Shown: piece by piece, positions 1 through 10,047 of the stretch
Numbering within the stretch: the stretch's first letter is position 1
How the letters are laid out: every line of letters begins with the position of its first letter
Source of the DNA: Candidatus Syntropharchaeum caldarium
Lineage (GTDB): Archaea; Halobacteriota; Syntropharchaeia; Syntropharchaeales; Syntropharchaeaceae
Reading direction: 5' to 3'
Assembly (NCBI GenBank): GCA_001766815.1
Contig: LYOS01000002.1
Span: 39,777 to 103,776, forward strand
Length of the DNA stretch: 64,000 nt
Program-made: the position numbers and the translations under genes
Notes under the pieces: model-generated
The model's database searches: none
The model's input: the letters and a program-made list of their open reading frames with translations, nothing else
What the model was told of the DNA's origin: nothing

Positions 1-318
1 ACAAACAGCGAGCTTACAGGAGAAATAACGGCATTTATAGGTATCGTGATCGAGAATGGTGATGTGATGGGGGTGGTGGATGAACTAAAAAAAAGACCGG
101 ATATTCTCGAGATTTATGAGACGCTTGAACCATACGATATCTTCCTGAAAGTGAGAACCACCGATATCCATACGCTTAAGAACGAACTCATAAATCCGAT
201 TTCAGAGATCGATGGTGTTGTTGAGATCAGAAGCATATTAACAACTCGCCGACACAAGGAACAAACCACAAAGATTGGCATGAATGTAAAAGAGGATCTG
301 AGGAGTTTAAATGTATGA
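1..318 (+). CDS. Lrp/AsnC-family regulator, C-terminal ligand-binding (RAM) domain; 5' end outside window
   Basis: Frame open from nt 1 to stop at 316-318. 'ILEIYETLEPYDIFLKVRTTDIHTLKNELINPISEIDGVVEIRSILT' fits the AsnC C-terminal pattern (G.YD....V......l..f....l..i.GV..t.T). Confidence 0.5.
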   Translation, partial: TNSELTGEITAFIGIVIENGDVMGVVDELKKRPDILEIYETLEPYDIFLKVRTTDIHTLKNELINPISEIDGVVEIRSILTTRRHKEQTTKIGMNVKEDLRSLNV

Positions 319-336
319 AACTGGCGTGGAGGAATT

Positions 337-624
337 ATGATGCTTGATATCTTGGAGCAGATGAACGGGCTTATCACAGCAACGATTTTCCTGATAGGTG
401 GAGCACTGATCATCTTTATTTACGATGCGTATAAGCAAACACAGAATAAAAATCTTCTGGCTCTCGCACTCGGGCTTTTCATCCTGATAATTGCAGGCAA
501 TATCCCCTCGCTCGTGTATCTCTTTGCATCGGATAGAATAGAGCTGATCGAAGCGCTAACAATCTCTCAATACACACAGATGGCTGGTATCATTGTAATA
601 CTCTACTCTGCACTTAGAGCGTAG
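337..624 (+). CDS. small integral membrane protein, function unknown
   Basis: ATG preceded by GGAGG. 95 aa with three hydrophobic segments. Confidence 0.4.
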   Translation: MMLDILEQMNGLITATIFLIGGALIIFIYDAYKQTQNKNLLALALGLFILIIAGNIPSLVYLFASDRIELIEALTISQYTQMAGIIVILYSALRA

Positions 625-655
625 ATTTTGAGTTGTCAGGATGGAGACAGGATAG

Positions 656-1147
656 ATGGAACGATCTAAACGATTTGCACAGGAATGGCAGGCAATCGGG
701 CTGACAAGCCGCATGAAGTGGAGAAAGAACAGAAAGGGTGAGATCACTCCACTGGTTGCAGCAAAGATCGTTGAAACCTTCGGGGGAAAAGGGCTTGAGG
801 TGCTCTCTGCTGCTTATGAAGAAGTTGGAGAACACGACGGCTCAAAAATCGCAGAGAGTCTCCGTATCAAGAGTGAAGAAATTTCTGCTGCAATATCGGT
901 TGTAGAAACTCTATGCATCATCTATGGAATTCATTCAATCTGTGAGAGAGATGAAGATGGATCATTTGTACTGACACTTGATGCCTGTCCATTTGAGGAT
1001 ACACTGACACTTTACAGGGAGACGCTCTGCATATACTACCTGCGCGGACTCATACATGCGATAAACAGGGATATCGACGTTAAGATTACAGGAAAAATCT
1101 GTGAAGGCGATAAAACGTGCAGGTTCAGGTTTGAGATCAAATCATAG
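656..1147 (+). CDS. V4R (4-vinyl reductase)-like ligand-binding domain protein
   Basis: C-terminal 'LDACPFED...IYYLRGLIHAI...KITGKICEGDKTCRFRFEI' resembles the V4R Cys-containing C-terminus. Weak by-eye call. Confidence 0.4.
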   Translation: MERSKRFAQEWQAIGLTSRMKWRKNRKGEITPLVAAKIVETFGGKGLEVLSAAYEEVGEHDGSKIAESLRIKSEEISAAISVVETLCIIYGIHSICERDEDGSFVLTLDACPFEDTLTLYRETLCIYYLRGLIHAINRDIDVKITGKICEGDKTCRFRFEIKS

Positions 1148-1152
1148 TATGA

Positions 1153-1443
1153 TCAGACAAGAACTCCAACCATCGCTTCTGTGAGTTCGTCGAACTTTGA
1201 GATGATCCGATCCACTGCATCCTTCAGGATTGTACGGGGTCCACGATCTCCTTCTTTTGTCCTGATGTACATTATGGGGTTACTGATCGTCGGGAACTTG
1301 ATATCATAGGTTGCAACAAGCACATCTGGATCTTCAAGCAGGGACGATTTCAGGAGATTCATAAATGTATGCCCCTCGCCTACAAACTCAAGTTCAAGTT
1401 CTCCTGCCCCCTCTCGCAGAACTTTAAGCTCGATATCCTTCAT
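1153..1443 (-). CDS. rpoL: DNA-directed RNA polymerase subunit L (Rpo11)
   Basis: 96 aa. 'LELEFVGEGHTFMNLLKSSLLEDPDVLVATYDIKFP' is the Rpo11/RpoL signature. 4-nt overlap with upstream csl4, the conserved archaeal pairing. Confidence 0.85.
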   Translation of the reverse strand: MKDIELKVLREGAGELELEFVGEGHTFMNLLKSSLLEDPDVLVATYDIKFPTISNPIMYIRTKEGDRGPRTILKDAVDRIISKFDELTEAMVGVLV

Positions 1444-2042
1444 ACAAGACCTTTCCCATAGTCACTCGATATCTTTCGGGTCTCGGTTCGCTCACATTCT
1501 GGACACTCAAGCACCTTATTCTTGCGTATCATTCCAACCTTGCACTTTGAACAGAATGCTTTGATAACGCCGTGGCGAGGATGAGTTGTATCAATCCTCA
1601 ACGTCGCAGGATCAAGTATACGCCCTTTTATAATATCCTGATATCCAAACTCATGCTTCAGATCTGAGACGTAGGATTTTTTTACATTTGAGACGTGGAT
1701 TGCAGCCATTATATCACCGGCAATCTCCCGATTTTCAGACCCCTCGATGAAAGCGAGGTCAACAAGCACAACAGAACTCTTGATCCCTGAAACGGTTCCA
1801 TAGACGATGTCCCCGCGCTTAATAACTGGTGGTGCATCACACAGTGGTTTTACACCGATAACCCGTTTCTTTGGGTCTTCAACGACCGTACCAACAATGG
1901 TCGCATATATATTACCCTTCTCATCAAAAGCTCCTTCTCCTGTGGTGTACTCCTCAGATATACCGATAATATCACCTGGCAATACGGTCTTTGCCCTTTC
2001 TGCTTTTGGTTCAGTCGCAGCCACGCCTTCTCCATCTACCAT
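1440..2042 (-). CDS. csl4: exosome complex RNA-binding protein Csl4
   Basis: S1-like core followed by a C-terminal zinc ribbon 'CSKCKVGMIRKNKVLECPECERTE'. The track start 2051 is GTG; ATG at 2042 sits 8 nt after AGGTG, so it is preferred. Confidence 0.85.
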   Translation of the reverse strand: MVDGEGVAATEPKAERAKTVLPGDIIGISEEYTTGEGAFDEKGNIYATIVGTVVEDPKKRVIGVKPLCDAPPVIKRGDIVYGTVSGIKSSVVLVDLAFIEGSENREIAGDIMAAIHVSNVKKSYVSDLKHEFGYQDIIKGRILDPATLRIDTTHPRHGVIKAFCSKCKVGMIRKNKVLECPECERTETRKISSDYGKGLV

Positions 2043-2154
2043 TCTTTTCACACCTGTGATTATCTACCCACCTGATTTAAATAAAGCTTTCGATGGACAG
2101 AGATCTAAATACGCAACCAAACCTAAATATACGATCAGATCGGATGGAAATAAT

Positions 2155-3069
2155 ATGAGCAGGAGAGGGCCACTTGAGCGTTACTTTGAGATCGTGAGAG
2201 GAAAGCGGGATGCTGCGTATCTTATGACAAAACAAACCATCATGGAGGATGGGAGAACGCTTCTTGACCATAAGCTTGCAGCAGCGGAAACAATGATGGA
2301 GAGCTGCCACCTATGTGAACGAAGGTGCAATGCAGACCGCAGGAGTGGAGAAGTTGGATACTGCGGTGTTGATGCCGTATCCAGGATTGCATCTGAGTTT
2401 CTTCATTTTGGTGAGGAGGAAGAACTTGTCCCATCCCACACGATCTTCTTTACAGGCTGCACATTCTCGTGTGTTTACTGTCAGAACTGGGATATTGCAA
2501 CATCTCCACAGTCAGGCACACCAGCCCTCCCTGAAATTGTCTGTGAGGCGATTGTGCGGCGCAATATCGAGGGTGCAAGGAATGTTAACTTTGTTGGCGG
2601 CGATCCAACACCACACATCCCAACAATACTTCGGATTCTCAACCGCTGCAATGTAAACACACCCATCATCTTCAACTCAAATATGTATCTATCAAACGAG
2701 GGGATGGAACTGCTCGATGGTATCGTTGATCTGTATCTCGGTGATTTCAGGTATGGGAATGATGCCTGTGCAAAGAAATACTCAAATGTTGATCGATACT
2801 GGGAGGTTGTAACACGAAACTTCATGTCTGCAGCCGCAGATGCCGAGGTTCTCATCAGACATCTCGTTCTCCCAGGACATCTTGACTGCTGCACCCGTCC
2901 AATAATGGAGTGGACGGCAGCAAATATGGATAGAGTACGGTTCAATCTGATGTTTCAGTACCATCCATCTTACAGGGCAAATCTCTACCCTGAGATTGAC
3001 AGGCGCCTCACACACGATGAGATGGCATATGCGACGGAGATGTATAACAGCTTACTTGCTGAACCATGA
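2155..3069 (+). CDS. radical SAM protein, PflX-like (pyruvate formate-lyase activase homologue family)
   Basis: CxxxCxxC motif 'CTFSCVYCQNWD', plus an N-terminal Cys cluster 'CHLCERRCNADRRSGEVGYCG'. The track ORF 1807..3069 is extended antisense to csl4; first plausible ATG is 2155. Confidence 0.8.
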   Translation: MSRRGPLERYFEIVRGKRDAAYLMTKQTIMEDGRTLLDHKLAAAETMMESCHLCERRCNADRRSGEVGYCGVDAVSRIASEFLHFGEEEELVPSHTIFFTGCTFSCVYCQNWDIATSPQSGTPALPEIVCEAIVRRNIEGARNVNFVGGDPTPHIPTILRILNRCNVNTPIIFNSNMYLSNEGMELLDGIVDLYLGDFRYGNDACAKKYSNVDRYWEVVTRNFMSAAADAEVLIRHLVLPGHLDCCTRPIMEWTAANMDRVRFNLMFQYHPSYRANLYPEIDRRLTHDEMAYATEMYNSLLAEP

Positions 3070-3911
3070 GAAAAAAACCAGAAAGTGATCCGGATCTGAT
3101 CGCACAGGCAGCCCAGCTTGCGATGCTTCTTGAGGTATCTGCATCCCCAAAGGCTGGAAATGTTGATAGGTGCCACGACTACCCTGATACCAGGTATGAG
3201 GACTTTCTTGCATCCTCTGTCGCTGTATATCCTGTCTTTAGAAAAGCGGCATTAAAGGACACTGGGGTGGGAAAACTCATCTTTGAGGCGGTTGAAGCAA
3301 GTAAAAGGTGGCACACCGGCGGTAACACGCATTTTGGAGCGTTTATACTACTCATCCCACTTGTAATGGCAGGAGGGGTACAGGATCTTGCAAAAGAGAT
3401 TGTTAGAGGCACTGGGTGGCAGGATGCCATAGATTTCTACCGTGCATTCGCTATCGCAGGTGTAAGGGTTGGAAAGGTCAATGATCTCAATCTTGGTAGC
3501 CAGGAGTCTCTTGATCGAATAAGGGAGGAAAAAATTACGCTCTTTGATATATTCAAGATCTCATCATCTTACGATTCGGTATCTGCTGAGTGGATAAACG
3601 GCTTTGAACGATCATTCAAATACGCGTGGATTGTTGGCACCAATGTCCGCGAGTACGGGATGAACGACGGTATTGTCCTAACATTCATGCAACTACTTGC
3701 GGAATATCCTGATACATTCATCGCGATGAAATCTGGAAATGAAACCGCACTCGATATCTCAGCGACTGCCTCAAAACTTGCCTGTGAGTTTGATCTTGAT
3801 AAAATCAGGTCGTTCGATGAAGAACTCATTGAAAGAGGAATAAACCCTGGTGCCACGGCCGATATGATCATCGCATCCATATTTATAGCACTCATCAAGG
3901 GGTGGCTTTAG
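3066..3911 (+). CDS. triphosphoribosyl-dephospho-CoA synthase (CitG/MdcB) family protein
   Basis: 'SPKAGNVDR', 'GGNTHFGAFILL' and 'INPGATADMIIAS' resemble CitG family motifs. ATGA overlap with the radical SAM gene. Confidence 0.7.
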   Translation: MRKKPESDPDLIAQAAQLAMLLEVSASPKAGNVDRCHDYPDTRYEDFLASSVAVYPVFRKAALKDTGVGKLIFEAVEASKRWHTGGNTHFGAFILLIPLVMAGGVQDLAKEIVRGTGWQDAIDFYRAFAIAGVRVGKVNDLNLGSQESLDRIREEKITLFDIFKISSSYDSVSAEWINGFERSFKYAWIVGTNVREYGMNDGIVLTFMQLLAEYPDTFIAMKSGNETALDISATASKLACEFDLDKIRSFDEELIERGINPGATADMIIASIFIALIKGWL

Positions 3912-5948
3912 ATGCTGTATGATATCATCATCTGGTATCTTTTTTTCCTTTTAGCAGGGCTGATCGCGCTCCCGTTTGTTAAAGATATTGGGTATGCATC
4001 TTCAAAGGCTGTTGCCATTCTTGTTACAACTTATCTCACATTTATAACAGGTTATCTGTATTGCTATGATCTCATAACCGTTGTTACCTCTTTTCTTCTC
4101 CTTGCGACGATTGCTGCAGGATATATGATATATCGCAAGGATTTTAAGATTCAGTGGAAGGTTTTTATCGAGTTTGAACTGGTGTTTGCGGTCGCTTTTT
4201 TCATTTTCGCGCTGGTGCGTGCATTCTCCCCTGAGATCTACTTCACAGGTGGTGAGAAGCTTGGTGAGCTCGGATTTTTGAATGCGATCCTGAGATCGGG
4301 ATCCTTCCCACCGTACGATCCCTACTTTGGCGGTGAGCCGATGCAGTACTACTATTTTGGGCATCTGATCGTTGCAAACATCATAAAACTCACGGGTATA
4401 AGCCCTGAAGTAGGATTTAACCTTGCAACAGCCTCTCTTTTTGCCCTGAGTGTTCAGATTGCATACGGTCTCGGATTCAGGCTGAATATTCGTCGCGCAT
4501 ACGCTATGATAACCGTAGTCTTTCTTCTGATACTTGGAAATCTATCAGGTATCATCCAGTTTCTGCTTCAACATGCATCAGACCCATCTTCTGCCATCTA
4601 CTTCAACTACTGGTATGCATCGCGGATAATCCCGGATACGATCAATGAATTCCCGTACTTCAGCTTTCTGCATGGTGATCTGCACCCCCACATGATCGCG
4701 ATACCGTTTAAAATTATGCTCCTGACCCTCTTTCTACAACTTCTTTCTGAAAAAAAAGATAATACAGCTTTCGTAATTGCAGCTGGATTCTTCACAGGTT
4801 TTTTAGCACCACTTAACACCTGGGATTATCCTGTATTTTTATTGTTGCTTCTTATAATCCTATGGACTGGACGATACGGTCTTGATAAGATTGCTCTTTC
4901 GATATCAGCTGCCATAATCCCCTATCTACCGTTTCTCCTCTCAACCACAGGACGCGGAATCGGTTTTGTCACAGAACGAACAGAGCTTATCAACTTCTTT
5001 GTAATACATGGTTTATTTCTTTTCATACTCTTCTCATACCTCTTATTGAGGCTTGAGAGAAAATATCAGAACTATCTCATCATTATGATCCTTATTCTGC
5101 TTCCGATATCTTATCTCATACAGTTCCAGACACTATTTCTGCTACTGCCGCTCATCATCCTGCCGCTGTGGCTTCGATTCTGGGATGGTGGAGCAGATCA
5201 CGCCTTTATAGATATTCTCATTCTTGTCGGGGCTCTTATCGCGCTTGGTTGCGAACTCTTCTACGTCGATGATGCTTTCACTGGAAAAATTGAGCGCCTG
5301 AACACGGTATTCAAGCTCTACCTGAATGTATGGATCTTCTGGGCAATTGCATCTGCTTATGCACTCAGAAATATCCTCATGCAACCTGGAAGACATGGTA
5401 TGATGAGACGTATCTGGACGATCACACTTACGATACTTCTGATCTCAGCCTCGATCTATCCTGTTTTTGCAACATCGGGGAGATCTCATGCATTTGGGGT
5501 TAAACCAACGCTTGATGGCTTAGCATGGGCAAGAGATGAGTTTACATCTGATATGGATGCTCTTGATTGGATAAATAAGAACATAGATGGACATCCAGTA
5601 TTTCTAACCGTGCCTGCACAGGACTACAGGTGGGATTCGAGGGTTGCATCTGTAACAGGAGTTCCCATCATAATTGGATGGATGGGAGAGGAGATAATGT
5701 GGAGAGGGGATCGCGAAGAAGTTAACAGGAGATTGAAGGATGTATCAAAGGTGCTATCTTCAGATAAAATCGATTCTGAGGTGATAGCGATCCTTGAAGA
5801 TTACAATGTAAGTTATATCTACATAGGGGAGATTGAAAGGACGAAGTTTCCTGAGGGTGTTCTGAAGTTTGATGGCTGGAGTGGGTGCGAGGCTGTCTTT
5901 AAGAATGAGGGGGTTACAATCTTTGAGCTTCTGGATGAAAACGCTTAA
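3912..5948 (+). CDS. polytopic membrane protein of the Chlor_Arch_YYY / DUF2298 family
   Basis: 678 aa, many TM segments, diagnostic 'PMQYYYFGH' motif. Starts immediately after the citG-like stop. Confidence 0.7.
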   Translation: MLYDIIIWYLFFLLAGLIALPFVKDIGYASSKAVAILVTTYLTFITGYLYCYDLITVVTSFLLLATIAAGYMIYRKDFKIQWKVFIEFELVFAVAFFIFALVRAFSPEIYFTGGEKLGELGFLNAILRSGSFPPYDPYFGGEPMQYYYFGHLIVANIIKLTGISPEVGFNLATASLFALSVQIAYGLGFRLNIRRAYAMITVVFLLILGNLSGIIQFLLQHASDPSSAIYFNYWYASRIIPDTINEFPYFSFLHGDLHPHMIAIPFKIMLLTLFLQLLSEKKDNTAFVIAAGFFTGFLAPLNTWDYPVFLLLLLIILWTGRYGLDKIALSISAAIIPYLPFLLSTTGRGIGFVTERTELINFFVIHGLFLFILFSYLLLRLERKYQNYLIIMILILLPISYLIQFQTLFLLLPLIILPLWLRFWDGGADHAFIDILILVGALIALGCELFYVDDAFTGKIERLNTVFKLYLNVWIFWAIASAYALRNILMQPGRHGMMRRIWTITLTILLISASIYPVFATSGRSHAFGVKPTLDGLAWARDEFTSDMDALDWINKNIDGHPVFLTVPAQDYRWDSRVASVTGVPIIIGWMGEEIMWRGDREEVNRRLKDVSKVLSSDKIDSEVIAILEDYNVSYIYIGEIERTKFPEGVLKFDGWSGCEAVFKNEGVTIFELLDENA

Positions 5949-5990
5949 TATATATACTGCTGCTTTAATTTAATATCTGGAGGATCGTCC

Positions 5991-6863
5991 TTGAATCCAT
6001 GTGAATGGGAAGAGAAGCAGCTAATCGAGAATCGACTGAATCGCATTCTTGATGAGATCGATGACTGGCCCCACAACAGGGAAATCATGCAGTATATAAT
6101 TCGTTCAGGTGGTAAACGAACCCGTTCAATCATCGTTCTCCTCACATGCGAGCTTACTGGTGGCGATGCACGTGATGCGGTCGATGCCGCGGTCGCGGTT
6201 GAGTTCTCGCATATCGCATCACTCATTCATGATGACATCCTCGATGCAGGCAAGATGCGGCATGGAATCCCAACGATTTACGAGAAGTACGGGCTCGATC
6301 AGGCGATATTGATCGGTGATTTTCTTATATCAAACTCAATCTTTCTTGGATCAACGTATGACGAGGCTGTGATAAAGGATCTTGCTCTGGCTACGATGAA
6401 CATGGCAGAAGGAGAGATCCTCGATACAGCAAGCAGAACCGATCCATATTTTGACGAGGATAAATACTATGACCTGATAGAAAAAAAGACAGCCTCACTC
6501 TTCTCAGCTGCTGCCTCTATCGGTGGCAGAATCGGGGGTGCATCAGAGAAGGAGGTTTTAATGCTTAAGGAGATTGGCACAAAGGCAGGAATCGCATACC
6601 AGATCCTTGATGACCTTCTTGAATTTTTAAACCTTGAGATAGACAAACACTCAAGCGATGCATCCGTTACACTACCCCTAATTCTAAACAAAACGATGGA
6701 AGAGGAAGAAGTTAAATTTGAATGTATCGAGCGGATCAGGTCGCTTGTTGGTGGCTGCATGGATCTTATAAACGCGTTTCCAGAATCACCTGCTCGCAAA
6801 CGCCTGATTCAGGTGATTGAGTACATGACCCTCGAACAGCTCAAAGATGAATGCTATCTCTGA
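5991..6863 (+). CDS. polyprenyl (geranylgeranyl-type) diphosphate synthase family protein
   Basis: First Asp-rich motif 'LIHDDILD'; second motif region 'YQILDDLLE'. TTG start 8 nt after GGAGG; the first in-frame ATG would remove 32 aa. Confidence 0.8.
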   Translation: MNPCEWEEKQLIENRLNRILDEIDDWPHNREIMQYIIRSGGKRTRSIIVLLTCELTGGDARDAVDAAVAVEFSHIASLIHDDILDAGKMRHGIPTIYEKYGLDQAILIGDFLISNSIFLGSTYDEAVIKDLALATMNMAEGEILDTASRTDPYFDEDKYYDLIEKKTASLFSAAASIGGRIGGASEKEVLMLKEIGTKAGIAYQILDDLLEFLNLEIDKHSSDASVTLPLILNKTMEEEEVKFECIERIRSLVGGCMDLINAFPESPARKRLIQVIEYMTLEQLKDECYL

Positions 6864-7479
6864 TCTTATCAACCGTCTTCCATGAGTGCCTGATGACGCG
6901 CAACATAGACTCGTCCTGACGCTTCAGTGCTTCAGCCACAAACGCGCGGCTTTCAGGATCCGCGGGGTATCCACTCCCGATCGTGCATCCAAGCTCTTCT
7001 TCGAGTTTCATCATCAGGTTATCTCTTGTGACCTTTGCAACAATCGATGCCGCAGATACGATCAGATATTTTACATCAGCGTTGTGCTCTGATGTGATCT
7101 TTGCAGGAGAAGCGAGAAGCTTTTTGAGATTCAGTCCAAAACGCTGGGCATTTACGTCTGCAGCATCAACATATACTTCATCGGGCATGATCCTGTTGAT
7201 CACCTGTGCATGTGCTTTTAAAACGATCTCATTCATCGTCATAACTTTTCTCAGTTCATCGATCATCTGAGCACCAACCTCAAGCACGTGCCATGATGTG
7301 ATCTCTTTGATCTCAACGGCAAGCGCTTCACGCTTCTTCTTTGAGATCTTCTTTGAATCTTTAATACCAAGCGTTTCAAGATTGTGGAGATCTGCTTTTT
7401 CGAGTGCAACACACGCAACACACATCGGTCCAACAACAGGTCCCTTTCCTGCCTCATCAACGCCCGCAACAACTACCAT
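6841..7479 (-). CDS. rnhB: ribonuclease HII
   Basis: 'VAGVDEAGKGPVVGPM' catalytic N-terminus and 'GSGYPADP'. Track start 7482 is TTG; the adjacent ATG at 7479 is used. Confidence 0.9.
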   Translation of the reverse strand: MVVVAGVDEAGKGPVVGPMCVACVALEKADLHNLETLGIKDSKKISKKKREALAVEIKEITSWHVLEVGAQMIDELRKVMTMNEIVLKAHAQVINRIMPDEVYVDAADVNAQRFGLNLKKLLASPAKITSEHNADVKYLIVSAASIVAKVTRDNLMMKLEEELGCTIGSGYPADPESRAFVAEALKRQDESMLRVIRHSWKTVDKIRDSIHL

Positions 7480-7521
7480 CAATCAGAAACTACTTATCTT
7501 ACCACGACTATTAAAGTTATC

Positions 7522-8559
7522 ATGCAGGAGAAATCTAACCATGATCGTATCTTTTATATTATTTGCGGGATTGTCCTGCTTCTTGCATTTCTACTTTTAC
7601 TGAGGGCTGTCTCCCCGCTCTTTGATGGGATTATCCTGGGAGTCGTCTTTGCCTATGTTGCAAGACCGATAAAGAGAAAGCTTACGGTTCTTGGCGAGGT
7701 GCTTTCATCAGCGATCGCAACACTGTGTATCATCATCCCGATCGTATTAATCGTTATACTGGGGATTAGTGAGGCGATACGGCAACTTATCTGGCTAAGT
7801 TCGAAGCAGGAAGAGATCCTGAGTAAAACGTTGGGACTTCTGGGTTCAGATTTAGTTCCAGCGGATATCACAAATATGATCCATCAACGGCTACCAGAGA
7901 TCCTGGATTACGTCACACCCATCCTTCACTCGATAATATCCATCGAGACGACGATAAACATGGGTATCCTCCTCCTTAATGTCTTTGTACTCATCGTTGT
8001 TGCCTACTACCTCCTTGCAGATGGTTCAAAGATCGTCACCGCCATCCTCAAGCTTGTACCTCTCGGAAAAGAGGATGTGGCATTGCAATACATACGTGAG
8101 GTCGATGATATAATTGCAGGGATATATGTTGGAAACTTCTTTGTCGCACTCCTGATCGGTCTTTTATCTGTTCCTTTCCTCTTTGCCTTCAAAGTGCCGA
8201 TGGTTGCGCTGATTGCAAGCCTCGTATTTCTTGCGGCTCTGGTACCACTTCTTGCAAAGTGGATGATCTGGGTTCCAATCTCAATCTATCTCTTCTACAC
8301 ATCCGGGATATATCCTGCAATCGCTTTCTTCATTCTGGTTCTGATTTTCATCGACGTCGCACCTGAGTTTTTTATACGACCAAAGCTCATAGGCTTGACG
8401 TCAAAGATACACCCGCTCCTGCTGCTTCTTGCTTTCATCGGTGGCGGCATTACAGGTGGTATCGCAGGATTCTTTGGGGCGCCTGTACTTGTTGGAATCC
8501 TCGTAGGATCGTATAACGTCTATACCATGAGTGAGAAAGAGGAAGAAACGGAGGTATGA
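7522..8559 (+). CDS. AI-2E (PerM/UPF0118) family transporter
   Basis: About 8 TM segments. Typical 'PLFDGIILGVVFAYVARPI' N-terminus and 'FIRPKLIG' motif. The track ORF start 7384 is antisense overlap with rnhB. Confidence 0.7.
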   Translation: MQEKSNHDRIFYIICGIVLLLAFLLLLRAVSPLFDGIILGVVFAYVARPIKRKLTVLGEVLSSAIATLCIIIPIVLIVILGISEAIRQLIWLSSKQEEILSKTLGLLGSDLVPADITNMIHQRLPEILDYVTPILHSIISIETTINMGILLLNVFVLIVVAYYLLADGSKIVTAILKLVPLGKEDVALQYIREVDDIIAGIYVGNFFVALLIGLLSVPFLFAFKVPMVALIASLVFLAALVPLLAKWMIWVPISIYLFYTSGIYPAIAFFILVLIFIDVAPEFFIRPKLIGLTSKIHPLLLLLAFIGGGITGGIAGFFGAPVLVGILVGSYNVYTMSEKEEETEV

Positions 8560-8562
8560 CCA

Positions 8563-9489
8563 ATGGGCTCCAGACACTTCGAAGGCGGACTTACTGGACT
8601 CGCTATCGGTGACGCACTCGGAATGCAGGTTGAAGGTTTAAGCTCCTATGAGTTTATCAGTGATTATGGTGATGCAAGGGTTGATTCTGTGAATTACCCG
8701 CTCAAAGCAGGCCAGTACACCGATGATACGCTTCAGATGCTCATCCTCACCGATTCAATCCTTGAGGCAGGTGGGTTTGATATTTCATCCTTCACAGCAG
8801 CACTTAAATCATGGGGCAGGGAGATCATGAATGATCTGACCCTATCCCGTGGGATTGGACCAACCAGTATCGATGCGATCCAGAAACTACTCGATGGTGT
8901 ACACTGGGAAAAATCAGGGGGCATGAATCCAACGTGTGGTTCTGCAATGAGGGTTGCACCGATAGGACTGCTTTATTCTCATGATCTTGATCTGACAGCC
9001 GAAATGGCGGCAAAATCGAGTATTCCAACACACAGAAGTGATGAATCAATTGCAGGAGCTGTTGCAGTGGCTGTTATTATTGCAGGGGTAGCTTCAGGGA
9101 TTGATATATTAAATGCAGCAAAAAAAGCAGTAGATTATGCAGAAGCATACTCAAAAAAGTTTTCTGATAAGATTCGGCTTGCAATCTCGCTCAGAGACGA
9201 TCCACCAGAGATGGTGTTTAAGACAATCGGGACGTCGATTCTCGCCATCGAGAGTGTTCCAGCCGCGATATTTGCTGCACTTCATGGGAGAAACTTCGAG
9301 GATGCGCTGCTCATTGCGGTTAATCATGGCGGTGATACCGATTCAATCGGGGCAATGACAGGTGCGATCAGAGGTACGATGCATGGTCTTGATGGCATAC
9401 CACAGAGATGGCTCGATGGACTTGAGGATTGTGCCAGGATCACCAGCTATGCAAAAAGATTATATGCCTTGCATGAAATGATCTTCTGA
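8563..9489 (+). CDS. ADP-ribosylglycohydrolase family protein
   Basis: 'GLAIGDALGMQVEG', 'QYTDDTLQM' and 'GGDTDSIGAMTGAIRG' motifs. GGAGG upstream. Confidence 0.8.
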   Translation: MGSRHFEGGLTGLAIGDALGMQVEGLSSYEFISDYGDARVDSVNYPLKAGQYTDDTLQMLILTDSILEAGGFDISSFTAALKSWGREIMNDLTLSRGIGPTSIDAIQKLLDGVHWEKSGGMNPTCGSAMRVAPIGLLYSHDLDLTAEMAAKSSIPTHRSDESIAGAVAVAVIIAGVASGIDILNAAKKAVDYAEAYSKKFSDKIRLAISLRDDPPEMVFKTIGTSILAIESVPAAIFAALHGRNFEDALLIAVNHGGDTDSIGAMTGAIRGTMHGLDGIPQRWLDGLEDCARITSYAKRLYALHEMIF

Positions 9490-10001
9490 TGAGTACGCCA
9501 GAAGAACACAGGAAAGGAGCGAGAGAGCGGTTTGACCTATCTCTGATCACGATATCAACTTCCAAGTACTTTGATCGTGAGCGTGATGACCTGTCAGGTA
9601 AACTTGCAAGAGCGATACTCGAGAAAGCTGGGCACACGGTTTCATCAATGATTATTCTGCCTGATCAGAAAGATATGATCAGACGTGAGCTGCTCCGACT
9701 TATATTATCTGATACAGATGCAATCATAACAAGCGGAGGCACAGGACTTACCCCCGATGATCTCACGATCGAGACGATCGCACCACTCTTCAAGAAAGAG
9801 ATCACTGGTTTTGGTGAGCTATTCAGGAGATTGAGCTATGAGCAAATCGGTACAGCCTCAATGCTTTCGCGTGCTGCTGCTGGTGTGATCGAAGGGAAGC
9901 TGATCATCTGCCTGCCTGGCTCACCAGATGCGGTAAAACTCGCGCTCGAAGAGATAATCGTGCCAGAGCTTCCTCACCTGATGCGCCACATATCAGGGTA
10001 G
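9489..10001 (+). CDS. moaB: molybdenum cofactor biosynthesis protein B (MoaB/MogA family)
   Basis: 'IITSGGTGLTPDDLT' and 'LPGSPDAV' motifs. 1-nt overlap with the upstream gene. Confidence 0.85.
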   Translation: MSTPEEHRKGARERFDLSLITISTSKYFDRERDDLSGKLARAILEKAGHTVSSMIILPDQKDMIRRELLRLILSDTDAIITSGGTGLTPDDLTIETIAPLFKKEITGFGELFRRLSYEQIGTASMLSRAAAGVIEGKLIICLPGSPDAVKLALEEIIVPELPHLMRHISG

Positions 10002-10047
10002 ATAACAATACTTATTTAAAACAGCGTGGATAATCACCTGTGATTCA

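Noticed and set aside
1807-2154. N-terminal 116 codons of track ORF 1807..3069
   Set aside because: This part runs antisense through csl4 and is low-complexity Ser/Pro/Thr-rich. The radical SAM homology begins after ATG 2155.
7384-7521. N-terminal extension of the AI-2E transporter ORF
   Set aside because: It overlaps rnhB on the opposite strand. The membrane protein sequence starts at ATG 7522.
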